The position numbers were made by a program, and so were the translations under genes. Below are positions 1 to 8,282 of a DNA stretch of 64,000 nucleotides, piece by piece. The notes beneath the pieces were generated by a model. It ran no database searches. It saw only the letters and a list, made by a program, of their open reading frames with translations, and was not told where the DNA came from. This stretch comes from a virus (taxonomy: Duplodnaviria > Caudoviricetes): IMG/VR virus record IMGVR_UViG_3300045596_000094, positions 192,001-256,000 of that record; one strand, given 5' to 3'. Each line of letters starts with the position of its first letter. Within the stretch, counting starts at the first letter, position 1.

Positions 1-1
1 A

Positions 2-400
2 AGTGGATGTTTGAGGGTTAATATCTGCCAATATTTCGGCTACCTTACTACGATAAATGTGTGGAATGTAAATGTCTGCAACAACATAAGGTTTTTCTGT
101 TGTATCTATGTACTTAACCATTACGAAGACACGACAACCCGCAAAAACTGCTGTGTAAAAACCTTCCCCGGCAGATAGCCGTTCTGCATCAGTGTAAGCG
201 TAGTCATTCACCCACATGTTACTGAAAGGGGTAGCAAACTCTTGTAGTCTGATCAGCAGTTGGTCTAAAGTCACCCTAGATACAGACCCCGCATGATCCT
301 TGAGGGAAACCTTTATCAATAAGTTTTTAGCAATTGTATCGCACGTGGTCAAAGGATCAACATAAGCTGATTTCAGTGCTTTTTTAATGTACTTTAACAT
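2..400 (-). CDS. Hypothetical protein, 3'-truncated by window edge (MLKYIKKALKSAYVDP...)
   Basis: ATG at 400 just after the NADAR stop with AGGA upstream; frame stays open to the window edge; not in ORF track. Confidence 0.7.
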   Translation of the reverse strand, partial: MLKYIKKALKSAYVDPLTTCDTIAKNLLIKVSLKDHAGSVSRVTLDQLLIRLQEFATPFSNMWVNDYAYTDAERLSAGEGFYTAVFAGCRVFVMVKYIDTTEKPYVVADIYIPHIYRSKVAEILADINPQTST

Positions 401-409
401 ACCCAATCC

Positions 410-1018
410 TTATTTAGACGCGTTGTTGTGGTGATTGCCTGTGGTTTGAGCATCTTTAAAATGTCGGTAATTATCCACATGAATGAAGCCCAACAGATTC
501 TCTCCACGCCAACGGTAGATATCTTTAATCTCTGGAGCGTAATCTGGAAGCTCAACACCCCAGATACGGTCGAAAGGTGAAGCTTCTACAAATAGAACGT
601 TTTCAGGTTGTTTCAGTAACCAGGCTTTGAGGTCATTGTTTTGATCGAACTTAGCGCGACAAAGATCTCGCACAATCGTGAATTTATGCTGATCCCAGAT
701 ACGGGCAATAAATCCAGATACTTGACGACCTAAGCGTTTTTGATTTGGTGGCCATTTCTCTTCAAGGATCTTCTTAGCAGTTCCAGGATCGTTGAATAAC
801 ATGGCTTTCTTCCACATCATCCCCTGCTCAACTGAGTTGAATGTTTGTCCTTCGAATGTGAATTTTCGAATGTAATGATTGGATAAGCAGGAATTATCAA
901 TTCCATGTTTTCCTTGTTTCGCACCCCAGAAAAACACCTTAGTGGAATTAGACCCTTCTGGATCGAATCCGTATTTATTTAAATAAGCTTCTAGAGTTTC
1001 GTTATATAGTTGAGGCAT
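410..1018 (-). CDS. NADAR family (YbiA-like) N-glycosidase / ADP-ribosylhydrolase
   Basis: Motifs LSNHY, FNSVEQGMMWKKAMLFND, KRLGRQV, KFDQN, VEASPFDRIWG, WRGENLLG; RBS GGAG. Confidence 0.92.
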   Translation of the reverse strand: MPQLYNETLEAYLNKYGFDPEGSNSTKVFFWGAKQGKHGIDNSCLSNHYIRKFTFEGQTFNSVEQGMMWKKAMLFNDPGTAKKILEEKWPPNQKRLGRQVSGFIARIWDQHKFTIVRDLCRAKFDQNNDLKAWLLKQPENVLFVEASPFDRIWGVELPDYAPEIKDIYRWRGENLLGFIHVDNYRHFKDAQTTGNHHNNASK

Positions 1019-1040
1019 CTCGTTTTCTCCAAATTAAAAC

Positions 1041-1078
1041 GGCATAAAAAGAAACTCTATGGGAATATCCCCATAGAG
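1041..1078 (-). terminator. Hairpin terminator with TTTTTATGCC tail
   Basis: Inverted repeat ctctatggg/cccatagag at 1055-1078; ggcataaaaa at 1041-1050. Confidence 0.75.
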
Positions 1079-1170
1079 CCTGATTGTAAATCATTAGAGA
1101 TAAGGTAAGGTTACCCGACCTTACCCGTTCAGTTATCCATGGAATAAATAACTAAGCGGTTTATCTCTAT
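1043..1170 (-). ncRNA. Candidate structured small RNA or leader (three-way junction plus terminator)
   Basis: Stems 1095-1103/1161-1169, 1104-1110/1119-1125 and 1126-1136/1148-1158, followed on the minus strand by the 1055-1078 hairpin. Confidence 0.35.
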
Positions 1171-1189
1171 AGGATGGTTGTCACTGTTA

Positions 1190-1573
1190 TTAATTACACA
1201 ACTTCTTGTAATTCAAACGTTCATTAAAAGAAGCTCTGGCACGACTAGCATCAAAACGATTACAGCGCTCTTCGGCTACCTGTAAATCGTAAGCCATTTG
1301 AATTTCCTCACGGCTAAATTCATTCATTAGCGCACAGATTCGATCCACCTGCTGTTCCTGCGGTTCGAGTTCTTCAGCAGTTATATCGTAGGCTTTATAG
1401 ATAACCTGTTTATTTGCGTAATTGGCAAACTTTGTACCCAACTCCCAAGAATTGATCTGAGTGGAGGATAGTCCAGCTCGTGCAGCTATTTCCTTATTAG
1501 TAAATCCTTTACTGATTCTTAAAGCACGGAGACGAATGGGTTTCCAATGTTTCAAAATGAGTTCGCGTTTCAT
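1190..1573 (-). CDS. XRE-family helix-turn-helix protein
   Basis: LRALRISKGFTNKEIAARAGLSSTQINSWELG is a Cro/CI-type HTH. Confidence 0.88.
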   Translation of the reverse strand: MKRELILKHWKPIRLRALRISKGFTNKEIAARAGLSSTQINSWELGTKFANYANKQVIYKAYDITAEELEPQEQQVDRICALMNEFSREEIQMAYDLQVAEERCNRFDASRARASFNERLNYKKLCN

Positions 1574-1884
1574 TTCATTTGCTCTCTTAGCTGGGACTCA
1601 ATAACGGAGTTAGCCATCATGATGTGTTTTGGGTCAACGGTAGCGAGTAATTTTCTCACTATCTCAACATCGCTATCCATTACTTGAATGGCTTGATTAC
1701 CGCCTAAAATAGAACTAATATTTTTTATAATCTTCTTACTCACGGGCTTAGTGCCATTTTCAATCATGGACAGATAAGTTTGTGTTATGTCCAGAAATTG
1801 ACTCACATCCTTTGCTGTTTGTTTGCTGAGGATTCTTAGAGCATGTAGTTTAAATCCTTGTAAAGTCTTTGAAGTAATTGTCAT
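1570..1884 (-). CDS. XRE-family helix-turn-helix protein
   Basis: LHALRILSKQTAKDVSQFLDITQTYLSMIENG; RBS AGGAG; ATGA overlap with next gene. Confidence 0.88.
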   Translation of the reverse strand: MTITSKTLQGFKLHALRILSKQTAKDVSQFLDITQTYLSMIENGTKPVSKKIIKNISSILGGNQAIQVMDSDVEIVRKLLATVDPKHIMMANSVIESQLREQMK

Positions 1885-1907
1885 GGGTTTCTCCTAATAA
1901 TAATAAG

Positions 1908-1941
1908 GGCATAAATACCTCATCCCTTTTCGGGGATGAGG
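1908..1941 (-). terminator. Terminator after thyA
   Basis: Hairpin cctcatccct/ggggatgagg at 1918-1941, then TATTTATGCC on minus strand. Confidence 0.8.
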
Positions 1942-1954
1942 ATTTGTCGTTAAC

Positions 1955-3163
1955 TTATACAGATATAGGGAACTTAATCACACCTTGGTGATTATAGTTT
2001 TCTAAACCTGCGACAATGAGATCTACTGATTCTTTAGTCAAACTATCAGGGTCAGTAATGTCTACACCATCAGGGAAGGTAAACTTCGGTAATTTCGTTG
2101 GGGTACGTTTTAACTGCTCTTCCACACCTTCGAATTGATTTTCATAGATGTGTGAGTTTGCACAGGTCAATTGAAAATCACCTACAGCTAAATCACACTT
2201 CTTAGCAAGCGCATGCATCATCATTGCGTAACCCGCAATATTAAATGGACAACCCAAAGGTAGATCGTTAGAACGCATGATCAATAGACCGTTTAGCAAA
2301 CGTCGTTCGCCTGAAGTATCCACATCGAAGATAATCATCAAGTGACAAGGAGGTAATGCCATTTTCCCTTCAAGAACATTGGCATCACAACGATCCTTAG
2401 AAGTGACGATTTCAACCCCATCAACCATTTCTTTTGTGGAGTTGTCAGAAATATCGGCGGGGTTCCACCCAGACAGTATGATGCGTCGATCGTTTGGATT
2501 ATTACGAAGCTGATCTACGACTTGTTTTAGCTGATTGATCTCACGACCATCTGGAGTAGCCCATTTGATCCACTGTTTACCGTAAATTGGACCAAGGTCA
2601 CCTTCTTTACCAAAATACTTACGCTCACGTGTACTGATGTCGTATTGCGCAAGATAATCGTTTAATGACAAGGGTTCTTTGTTCTGGGTCATGAAGTTAT
2701 TTAATTCTTCATTAACCAAAACTCCACCAATTTCTTTAGTTGTACCGTTGAGTACCAGCTCATCCATAGTAGCATGATAATCGCCATACGCTGCAGCCTG
2801 TTCCTGTAGTTTGTTTAAGGCTTCTTCTACAGAGATATCTAACTTATCTGCCAAGTCTTCAGCTAAAGCTTGTTGCTCACGCGTGATCACAGAAAATACA
2901 GAGCGTGATAAACCCCATTCATCCCATACAGGGCATCCGAGAGCTCGAAACTCTTCTACAGTTGTTGCCCCTTTAAAAAAACCTACCATTTCAGCAACAG
3001 CTGCTTTGAACTGTACCTTCTTCGTAGTGAGTAAGGGAAACCCATTCTGAAGATCGCATCGGATACTTGTACCAAAAAGATACTTGGTACGCATACCTGT
3101 ACGGTTATCTTTCACTTTACCATTTTCGTAACAGTCACGTAATAAGTCTAAGTATTGTTTCAT
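1955..3163 (-). CDS. thyA: Thymidylate synthase with large insertion
   Basis: NRTG, GFPLLTTKKV, GDLGPIYGKQW, RRIILSGWNP, ALPPCH (catalytic Cys), RSNDLPLGCPFN, HIYENQ. Confidence 0.97.
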   Translation of the reverse strand: MKQYLDLLRDCYENGKVKDNRTGMRTKYLFGTSIRCDLQNGFPLLTTKKVQFKAAVAEMVGFFKGATTVEEFRALGCPVWDEWGLSRSVFSVITREQQALAEDLADKLDISVEEALNKLQEQAAAYGDYHATMDELVLNGTTKEIGGVLVNEELNNFMTQNKEPLSLNDYLAQYDISTRERKYFGKEGDLGPIYGKQWIKWATPDGREINQLKQVVDQLRNNPNDRRIILSGWNPADISDNSTKEMVDGVEIVTSKDRCDANVLEGKMALPPCHLMIIFDVDTSGERRLLNGLLIMRSNDLPLGCPFNIAGYAMMMHALAKKCDLAVGDFQLTCANSHIYENQFEGVEEQLKRTPTKLPKFTFPDGVDITDPDSLTKESVDLIVAGLENYNHQGVIKFPISV

Positions 3164-3182
3164 TTGGATTCCACTGAGGTGA

Positions 3183-3632
3183 TTAAAGGTTAATTGGTTT
3201 TGATGGTTTGATCATGTTCTCGATCAATGCGGTTAGATCTAAAACAGAGAGTACCTTGATTCGAGGTTGTAACGCGTTTGGCGTGATAGCATCGCTAACA
3301 TGTAGGATGTAAATCTTATTACGAATTTGCATTTCATACTTCGTCACCACCTTTGATTTAAACTGTAGAGGTTCAAGTAAATTACTGATAATTGGATCTG
3401 TAAATAAGACGATTTTTTCTAAATCTGTCGATCCGGTAAGTAATCCAGGTAACCGTTGAGAAGCAATGATGTGAGTAACAAGTTCTTCTTGATTAGTGAT
3501 GCTGAACGGGGCACCTCCGCCGTGTTCAGCTAGACTGGTTACGAGTTGGACTTCGGCAGCACTTTGGTAGAACTGCAAAGCGGTCTGTTGAGCTTGTATT
3601 CTCTGTTGCATCAAATCCATAGGGTCTGACAT
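3183..3632 (-). CDS. Hypothetical protein
   Basis: ORF track 3183..3671; start moved to MSDPMD, directly after the upstream stop. Confidence 0.7.
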   Translation of the reverse strand: MSDPMDLMQQRIQAQQTALQFYQSAAEVQLVTSLAEHGGGAPFSITNQEELVTHIIASQRLPGLLTGSTDLEKIVLFTDPIISNLLEPLQFKSKVVTKYEMQIRNKIYILHVSDAITPNALQPRIKVLSVLDLTALIENMIKPSKPINL

Positions 3633-3633
3633 T

Positions 3634-4170
3634 TCATTCCACCGTAAAGTATGTTGGATCGAATTGTTCATTCGAGAATTTGGGGTGAAAATAGAGCGGT
3701 TGCATGTATGTGATTAATTGATCCAGTGTTCCTGGATTATCCACTGTAGTTGCGTATTTAGCAGATAGGAAAAGTTCTTTCGCAATAAAATTAATCGACA
3801 GACGCTTTACATCGCGGATCGTCTCAATGGCAGGGATCGGTTTAACTAACCATTGTTCGGAACCGATACGTTTAAAAGAAATACCCCCTAGTGTATTATC
3901 AGCAACATGTTGTATGTTAATTTCATTTACATTACCATCAGAGTTGACCAGATGAATAGCCTGACTAAAGGTAACGGTTTGTTGCCCGTTGGTTTCTAGT
4001 ATTCTTTCACCCTGACCATCTTTCATGATACATTTCATTCTAGCCGTTAAATGCGCTATAATCCAAGCGACGTTTCTGAAACTTATTTCTGCACAACTAT
4101 TCAGTCGTACGACCTCTCTGGATATTTCTGGTTGGCTTGCTTCCACATCGAGATGAGTTGTAAGTCTCAT
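3634..4170 (-). CDS. Hypothetical protein
   Basis: Start moved to MRLTTH (RBS AGGGG); the longer annotation runs through a terminator. Confidence 0.75.
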   Translation of the reverse strand: MRLTTHLDVEASQPEISREVVRLNSCAEISFRNVAWIIAHLTARMKCIMKDGQGERILETNGQQTVTFSQAIHLVNSDGNVNEINIQHVADNTLGGISFKRIGSEQWLVKPIPAIETIRDVKRLSINFIAKELFLSAKYATTVDNPGTLDQLITYMQPLYFHPKFSNEQFDPTYFTVE

Positions 4171-4184
4171 ATTTTCCCCTATCA

Positions 4185-4216
4185 AATAAAAAATAAAAGA
4201 GTGTCCGAAGACACTC
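4185..4216 (-). terminator. Canonical intrinsic terminator (cUUCGg loop plus U tract)
   Basis: gagtgtccgaagacactc at 4199-4216 preceded on + by A-runs. Confidence 0.85.
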
Positions 4217-4223
4217 ATTTTAA

Positions 4224-4622
4224 TTAGTCCTCTGAGTCATCCTCAACTAGACTACTCTCATCACCAATAACATCACACTCACTCGCTCTGTCTGAACGAG
4301 GAACGATATCATCTACCATAGCCTGCATTTGGTCTGCCATTTGATTGAACTTCTTATAACCCCAATCGTAGACGTCTTTCTGATTAACATCTGCATTTTG
4401 GATGAGGGTGTGTGATTGGCTACGGCAATCCCACGTACGGTCAGAAGAATCGAGTTGTCCAGTGACAACAACGAGATCACCATCTTCTTCAAGGTAGGTG
4501 ATAGTGACTTGTGCTTCAGTAACTCCAGGGTTAGTGATAGCATCATTTAAAGCAGCACCTAACCAGTTGCTTGCTTCGTCAACGTTACAGTTGGCAGCGT
4601 TATCGTGGGTATTAACTGTCAT
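4224..4622 (-). CDS. Acidic hypothetical protein
   Basis: ORF with RBS GGAG. Confidence 0.8.
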   Translation of the reverse strand: MTVNTHDNAANCNVDEASNWLGAALNDAITNPGVTEAQVTITYLEEDGDLVVVTGQLDSSDRTWDCRSQSHTLIQNADVNQKDVYDWGYKKFNQMADQMQAMVDDIVPRSDRASECDVIGDESSLVEDDSED

Positions 4623-4651
4623 TTTATTTTACTCCGAGTTAATGGAAGGGA

Positions 4652-5428
4652 TTAGCCTTCGATAGCTTTTACTTCAGTTTCTATTGCACCCCCATCGATT
4701 TGCTCTAAAGCAGCATCGAAACCAGCGCACATGTTTTGGAACATTGAAGAACCCTGCGTAAACATGTAATTGTTTAATTCAGAGCGTGTCTGATTATGGC
4801 TTGTATTGAGATGACTGATATGTACAGAACCATCGTTCATTTCCGATGCCACGAGCAAACGCATCGATTTTACATCACCGTTTAAATGATCTTGGAGAGT
4901 ATCATAAACCAGATCACGAACTTCAGATGGTTTTGTATCGTTATTGGTGAATTTTGCTTGCACTAAGAAATTTTCGTCAGTGTCAGCTTGGATTGAAGTA
5001 TTGTCGATTTGAATTTGGTTTGTCATTTGCTGTTGATCCATGCGGAGTTGGTGTTCGCGTCGTGCGCGAAGGATATTGTGGTCTTGGACCATGAAATTGG
5101 AATCATCGGCGTAACCATGATTCCCTGGGTGGATTGCTGTATTGAGGTTTTCATTAAGAAGACCCCAAACATTATCTTTAGGATTATTAATTTGTTCAAC
5201 CAAATAGTCTTGCAACATATGGTCATCATGTTTACGGAAGTTGGTGATTGCTATTGCACCTTCGCTATCGCGGGTTATTACAATCACTCGACCGTCAACA
5301 ATATCGCCATCACCAACCATTGCTTGTCCGAGATGTTTGTGTGGGTGGTCGCAATCATCGGAAAGCTTGTTAATATATCCATAGGTGAACCCAGTAGTAC
5401 GTATATCTGGATTATTACTCATCGTCAC
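4652..5428 (-). CDS. Acidic hypothetical protein
   Basis: 258-aa ORF overlapping upstream stop; RBS GGAAGGTG. Confidence 0.8.
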   Translation of the reverse strand: MTMSNNPDIRTTGFTYGYINKLSDDCDHPHKHLGQAMVGDGDIVDGRVIVITRDSEGAIAITNFRKHDDHMLQDYLVEQINNPKDNVWGLLNENLNTAIHPGNHGYADDSNFMVQDHNILRARREHQLRMDQQQMTNQIQIDNTSIQADTDENFLVQAKFTNNDTKPSEVRDLVYDTLQDHLNGDVKSMRLLVASEMNDGSVHISHLNTSHNQTRSELNNYMFTQGSSMFQNMCAGFDAALEQIDGGAIETEVKAIEG

Positions 5429-5741
5429 CTTCCATTTTTAGTTCAGGAGATTCACCCATGAAACTATCTACTTCTTCTTGGAAAGCAGCACCTAAACGAT
5501 TATAGTTTTCCACGTTGTTGTAGCGGGCATAAACATCTAATCCTTTTTCAGGATTATAACTTGCCAACACCGTACCAGTGATCCCTTCAGTAGATTTGAA
5601 GTTAATGGTTGCATTAAATTCATTTACGGGAGTATCTGCTGGGGTAGGTTCACCTTCACCCATGTCATTGATATTTGCTACAACATCATTTAATAAAGTA
5701 GTTACAGTTGAAGCAGCTTTTTCTTTAGAGATAAAAGTCAT
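5415..5741 (-). CDS. Acidic hypothetical protein
   Basis: ORF with RBS AAGGA. Confidence 0.8.
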   Translation of the reverse strand: MTFISKEKAASTVTTLLNDVVANINDMGEGEPTPADTPVNEFNATINFKSTEGITGTVLASYNPEKGLDVYARYNNVENYNRLGAAFQEEVDSFMGESPELKMEGDDE

Positions 5742-5826
5742 GTTAATTCCTTAGAATGTTTTGGTTTCATACCAGATATAAACCCCTCATTTTTTACATG
5801 AGGGCATAAGTGGAAGGGGTGACGAA

Positions 5827-6330
5827 TCACCCATTTCTCAATTGTTTGTTCATTAGATTGATAAAATGAATTAATTGTCCAGACGTTAATTCACTGATTG
5901 TCAATTCACCTGCGCGATGGCTTAAGCGTTCGTTGATCATAAAGACCAAAGTGCTGTAATACGTATTTATTAACGAATATGAAATCACCCGTACTTGGGT
6001 AGGTGTTGTTTCAAATCGAACCAACCAAGACGGTAATTCAGATCCGTTATGTAAAGTAACACCGACACCATTATCGGGTCTACCTAAGGCAAGCCATATG
6101 GGTTCAAACATAGAACCACTTACTGCGCGAGCCATACCCACCGATAACGGTTGCGCTAATCGATTACATTCGTAGATCTTTTCCAAATTTCTCTGGAAGT
6201 CGTAAATGGGATCGAATAAAGAATCAATGATTTCTATAATGACATCATGATCAGCCAATATCTGTTCAGGTGTTCCAGAAGCTGTTGTAGGTTCTTCTAC
6301 AAAAAGCTCACCGCCATATCGTTTCGACAT
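5827..6330 (-). CDS. Hypothetical protein
   Basis: RBS GAGGA; first gene after an early-type promoter motif. Confidence 0.78.
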   Translation of the reverse strand: MSKRYGGELFVEEPTTASGTPEQILADHDVIIEIIDSLFDPIYDFQRNLEKIYECNRLAQPLSVGMARAVSGSMFEPIWLALGRPDNGVGVTLHNGSELPSWLVRFETTPTQVRVISYSLINTYYSTLVFMINERLSHRAGELTISELTSGQLIHFINLMNKQLRNG

Positions 6331-6356
6331 TTAGATTCCTCTACCTAATTCAAAGG

Positions 6357-6388
6357 GATAATGTATAGCTAAAAACACTTTAAATTCA
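6357..6388 (-). promoter_or_regulatory. Putative early phage promoter
   Basis: Minus strand tgaatTTAAAgtgtttttagcTATACATTATC matches the recurring motif. Confidence 0.55.
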
Positions 6389-6597
6389 CAAGTTGCGCGA
6401 CGCACATCGTTTTCGTCCTAGAGTCGGACAGACTTTAATTTGCTATCGCTACTTTAAATGAATCCATAGAAAGAATAAGCTCAGTTGACAAGTAAGTTAG
6501 AAATCTTTTATCTCTTTAATCTTTGAGAGATAGCGTAAGCAATATCTCTCAATCTAATTTCTTATATATTTCTAACTCTATTTTCTTTTTTCTTTAT

Positions 6598-6637
6598 GAG
6601 TGCATAGAGCACTCCCTGTAGGGTGCTCTATGCACTC
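6598..6637. repeat. 15-bp perfect inverted repeat in a long intergenic region
   Basis: gagtgcatagagcac-N10-gtgctctatgcactc. Confidence 0.9.
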
Positions 6638-6732
6638 TATCTAAGAATAGTTCCTCATTATATATTCAAATCTGTAAAAAAATACACATACTAGGTTTAC
6701 CGAGGGATTTATGAGGGAAACAGTAAATATAA

Positions 6733-6777
6733 ACATAACACTCTATAGGGTCGAAACCCTATAGAAGTGATTTATGC
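6733..6777. terminator. Bidirectional-looking terminator after the tail-fibre cluster
   Basis: ctataggg/ccctatag hairpin flanked by acata (left) and tttatgc (right). Confidence 0.7.
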
Positions 6778-6787
6778 TGTCAAATTA

Positions 6788-8236
6788 CTATTTAGGAATC
6801 TGTCGATACCAGATTACACCCTCAGTGCCAGCAGAACCCTGGTTACCATCAGTAACGCCACCAAGCCCAGCATTACCAATCTGAAGGACAATGTTGATTA
6901 GACCCGCAGTGTCGTTGCGAATGATACCGTAACAAACAGCACCACCCCCACCACCTCCACCGAAACCCTGTCCGTCATCACCAATACCAGCAGCGCCTTT
7001 ACCACCAATCCCGTATGGGGATAAGTCAGGAACATATGCGGGCAAAGCTGGGGAAACAACCCCTGCCGAACCACCCGCATTGTTTTTGGTTGCGTTGTCT
7101 GAAAAACCACTTGACCCATTGGCAAAGCGATAGGTTTCAGAAACAACCCCTGCTGGTAGTTGCGAAACATCTGCGTTAATAATGGCACCTGAACCGGCAC
7201 CACCGTTGATGAATGATAAATCGGCATTCCATTCACCAACAACCCCACCTTGTGCTGAGATATACGTGGCGATTTCGGCATTACTCACAGTAACCACACT
7301 TTCTTCTGCAGGTTGTCCGTTCTGTAAAGGATCTGCAACCCCACCACTGTTTTGAGAACCACCGCCACCACCTCCAGCTGTACATACAACGAACTCTAAG
7401 CGACCAGCTGGAGCAAGTGAGAGCATCTGGTAGACAGGACCTTCCACTACAGTTTCTTGAATAAAGTAATCATCCCAATCTACGTCCTGTGAGCCGTACC
7501 ATCTCGTTTGCCAGAATTTATCAACATACTTACCAAATGATCCGATAGTGTTCGCCACGGAACTACCGCGAGGTGTTGCTGATAATCGATACAAACCTAA
7601 ACGTGAAAACGGAACAGCCGTAATTGATGTAACGTTTGTAGCACCGCATTGAATAATTGCGAATAACGTACGGGCCAAGGTTTCATCGACTGGAACATTT
7701 CTTACTTCAAAAGCAACATTGGTTCCCGAAGGAATGGCGTACATGTAAATCTTACTATTTGCAGGATTAGCAACATACGTTGTGATATCCACTGTAGCCG
7801 CTTTAATCGTTCCTACAACACCGCCAATCAAAACTGGTATATCTGTAGTGAATCTAATTTTAAAGCTTGTAGAGGGCTTCTCAAGCGTGTCTATGGGTAA
7901 GGCGTTCAGGGTTCTCTCCCCGACATACGAGATACTCAGTTTATCGTGGCGGACACCTAATTTATCCCACCATGGCTCATCGAGCCCTAAAGAACCCGGG
8001 GAACCATCGTCAATAACACCAGCACCCACAGTAATGTAATCTTTAAGACCCGTTACCTTGAGTTTGTTTTTGTAATAGGTAGACAGAACCGAAATGCGTT
8101 CTTTGTACACACCGTAACCGGTGGTGACATTTGTAGCGTCGGGCTGACCTACCAGAAAAAGATCATCTCCAGTAACCGTACTTTCTACAGGAGACATTTT
8201 CGAATAACGAATTGTAAGGTTCGTTGGCATCTTCAT
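6788..8236 (-). CDS. Tail fibre/baseplate protein (phiKZ gp131-135-like family) with C-terminal glycine-rich domain
   Basis: Shares N-terminal motif and PFSRLGLYRLSATPRGSS module with neighbours; GGGGGGG-rich C-terminus. Confidence 0.72.
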   Translation of the reverse strand: MKMPTNLTIRYSKMSPVESTVTGDDLFLVGQPDATNVTTGYGVYKERISVLSTYYKNKLKVTGLKDYITVGAGVIDDGSPGSLGLDEPWWDKLGVRHDKLSISYVGERTLNALPIDTLEKPSTSFKIRFTTDIPVLIGGVVGTIKAATVDITTYVANPANSKIYMYAIPSGTNVAFEVRNVPVDETLARTLFAIIQCGATNVTSITAVPFSRLGLYRLSATPRGSSVANTIGSFGKYVDKFWQTRWYGSQDVDWDDYFIQETVVEGPVYQMLSLAPAGRLEFVVCTAGGGGGGSQNSGGVADPLQNGQPAEESVVTVSNAEIATYISAQGGVVGEWNADLSFINGGAGSGAIINADVSQLPAGVVSETYRFANGSSGFSDNATKNNAGGSAGVVSPALPAYVPDLSPYGIGGKGAAGIGDDGQGFGGGGGGGAVCYGIIRNDTAGLINIVLQIGNAGLGGVTDGNQGSAGTEGVIWYRQIPK

Positions 8237-8282
8237 TGTCCTAATGTTTGATGGGGTTTTTTACACCCCACCTTTGTAAATG

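Noticed and set aside
1095-1169. Three-way junction as a hammerhead ribozyme or tRNA
   Set aside because: No CUGANGA/GAAA core on either strand; no T-loop or cloverleaf
1190-1884. XRE pair as a lysogeny switch or toxin-antitoxin module
   Set aside because: Genes are co-directional, not divergent; no integrase, peptidase domain or toxin nearby
1955-3163. ThyA as a dCMP/dUMP hydroxymethylase (modified DNA) or intein host
   Set aside because: The specificity Asn (PFN) is canonical, no modification genes are adjacent, and the insert lacks intein terminal residues
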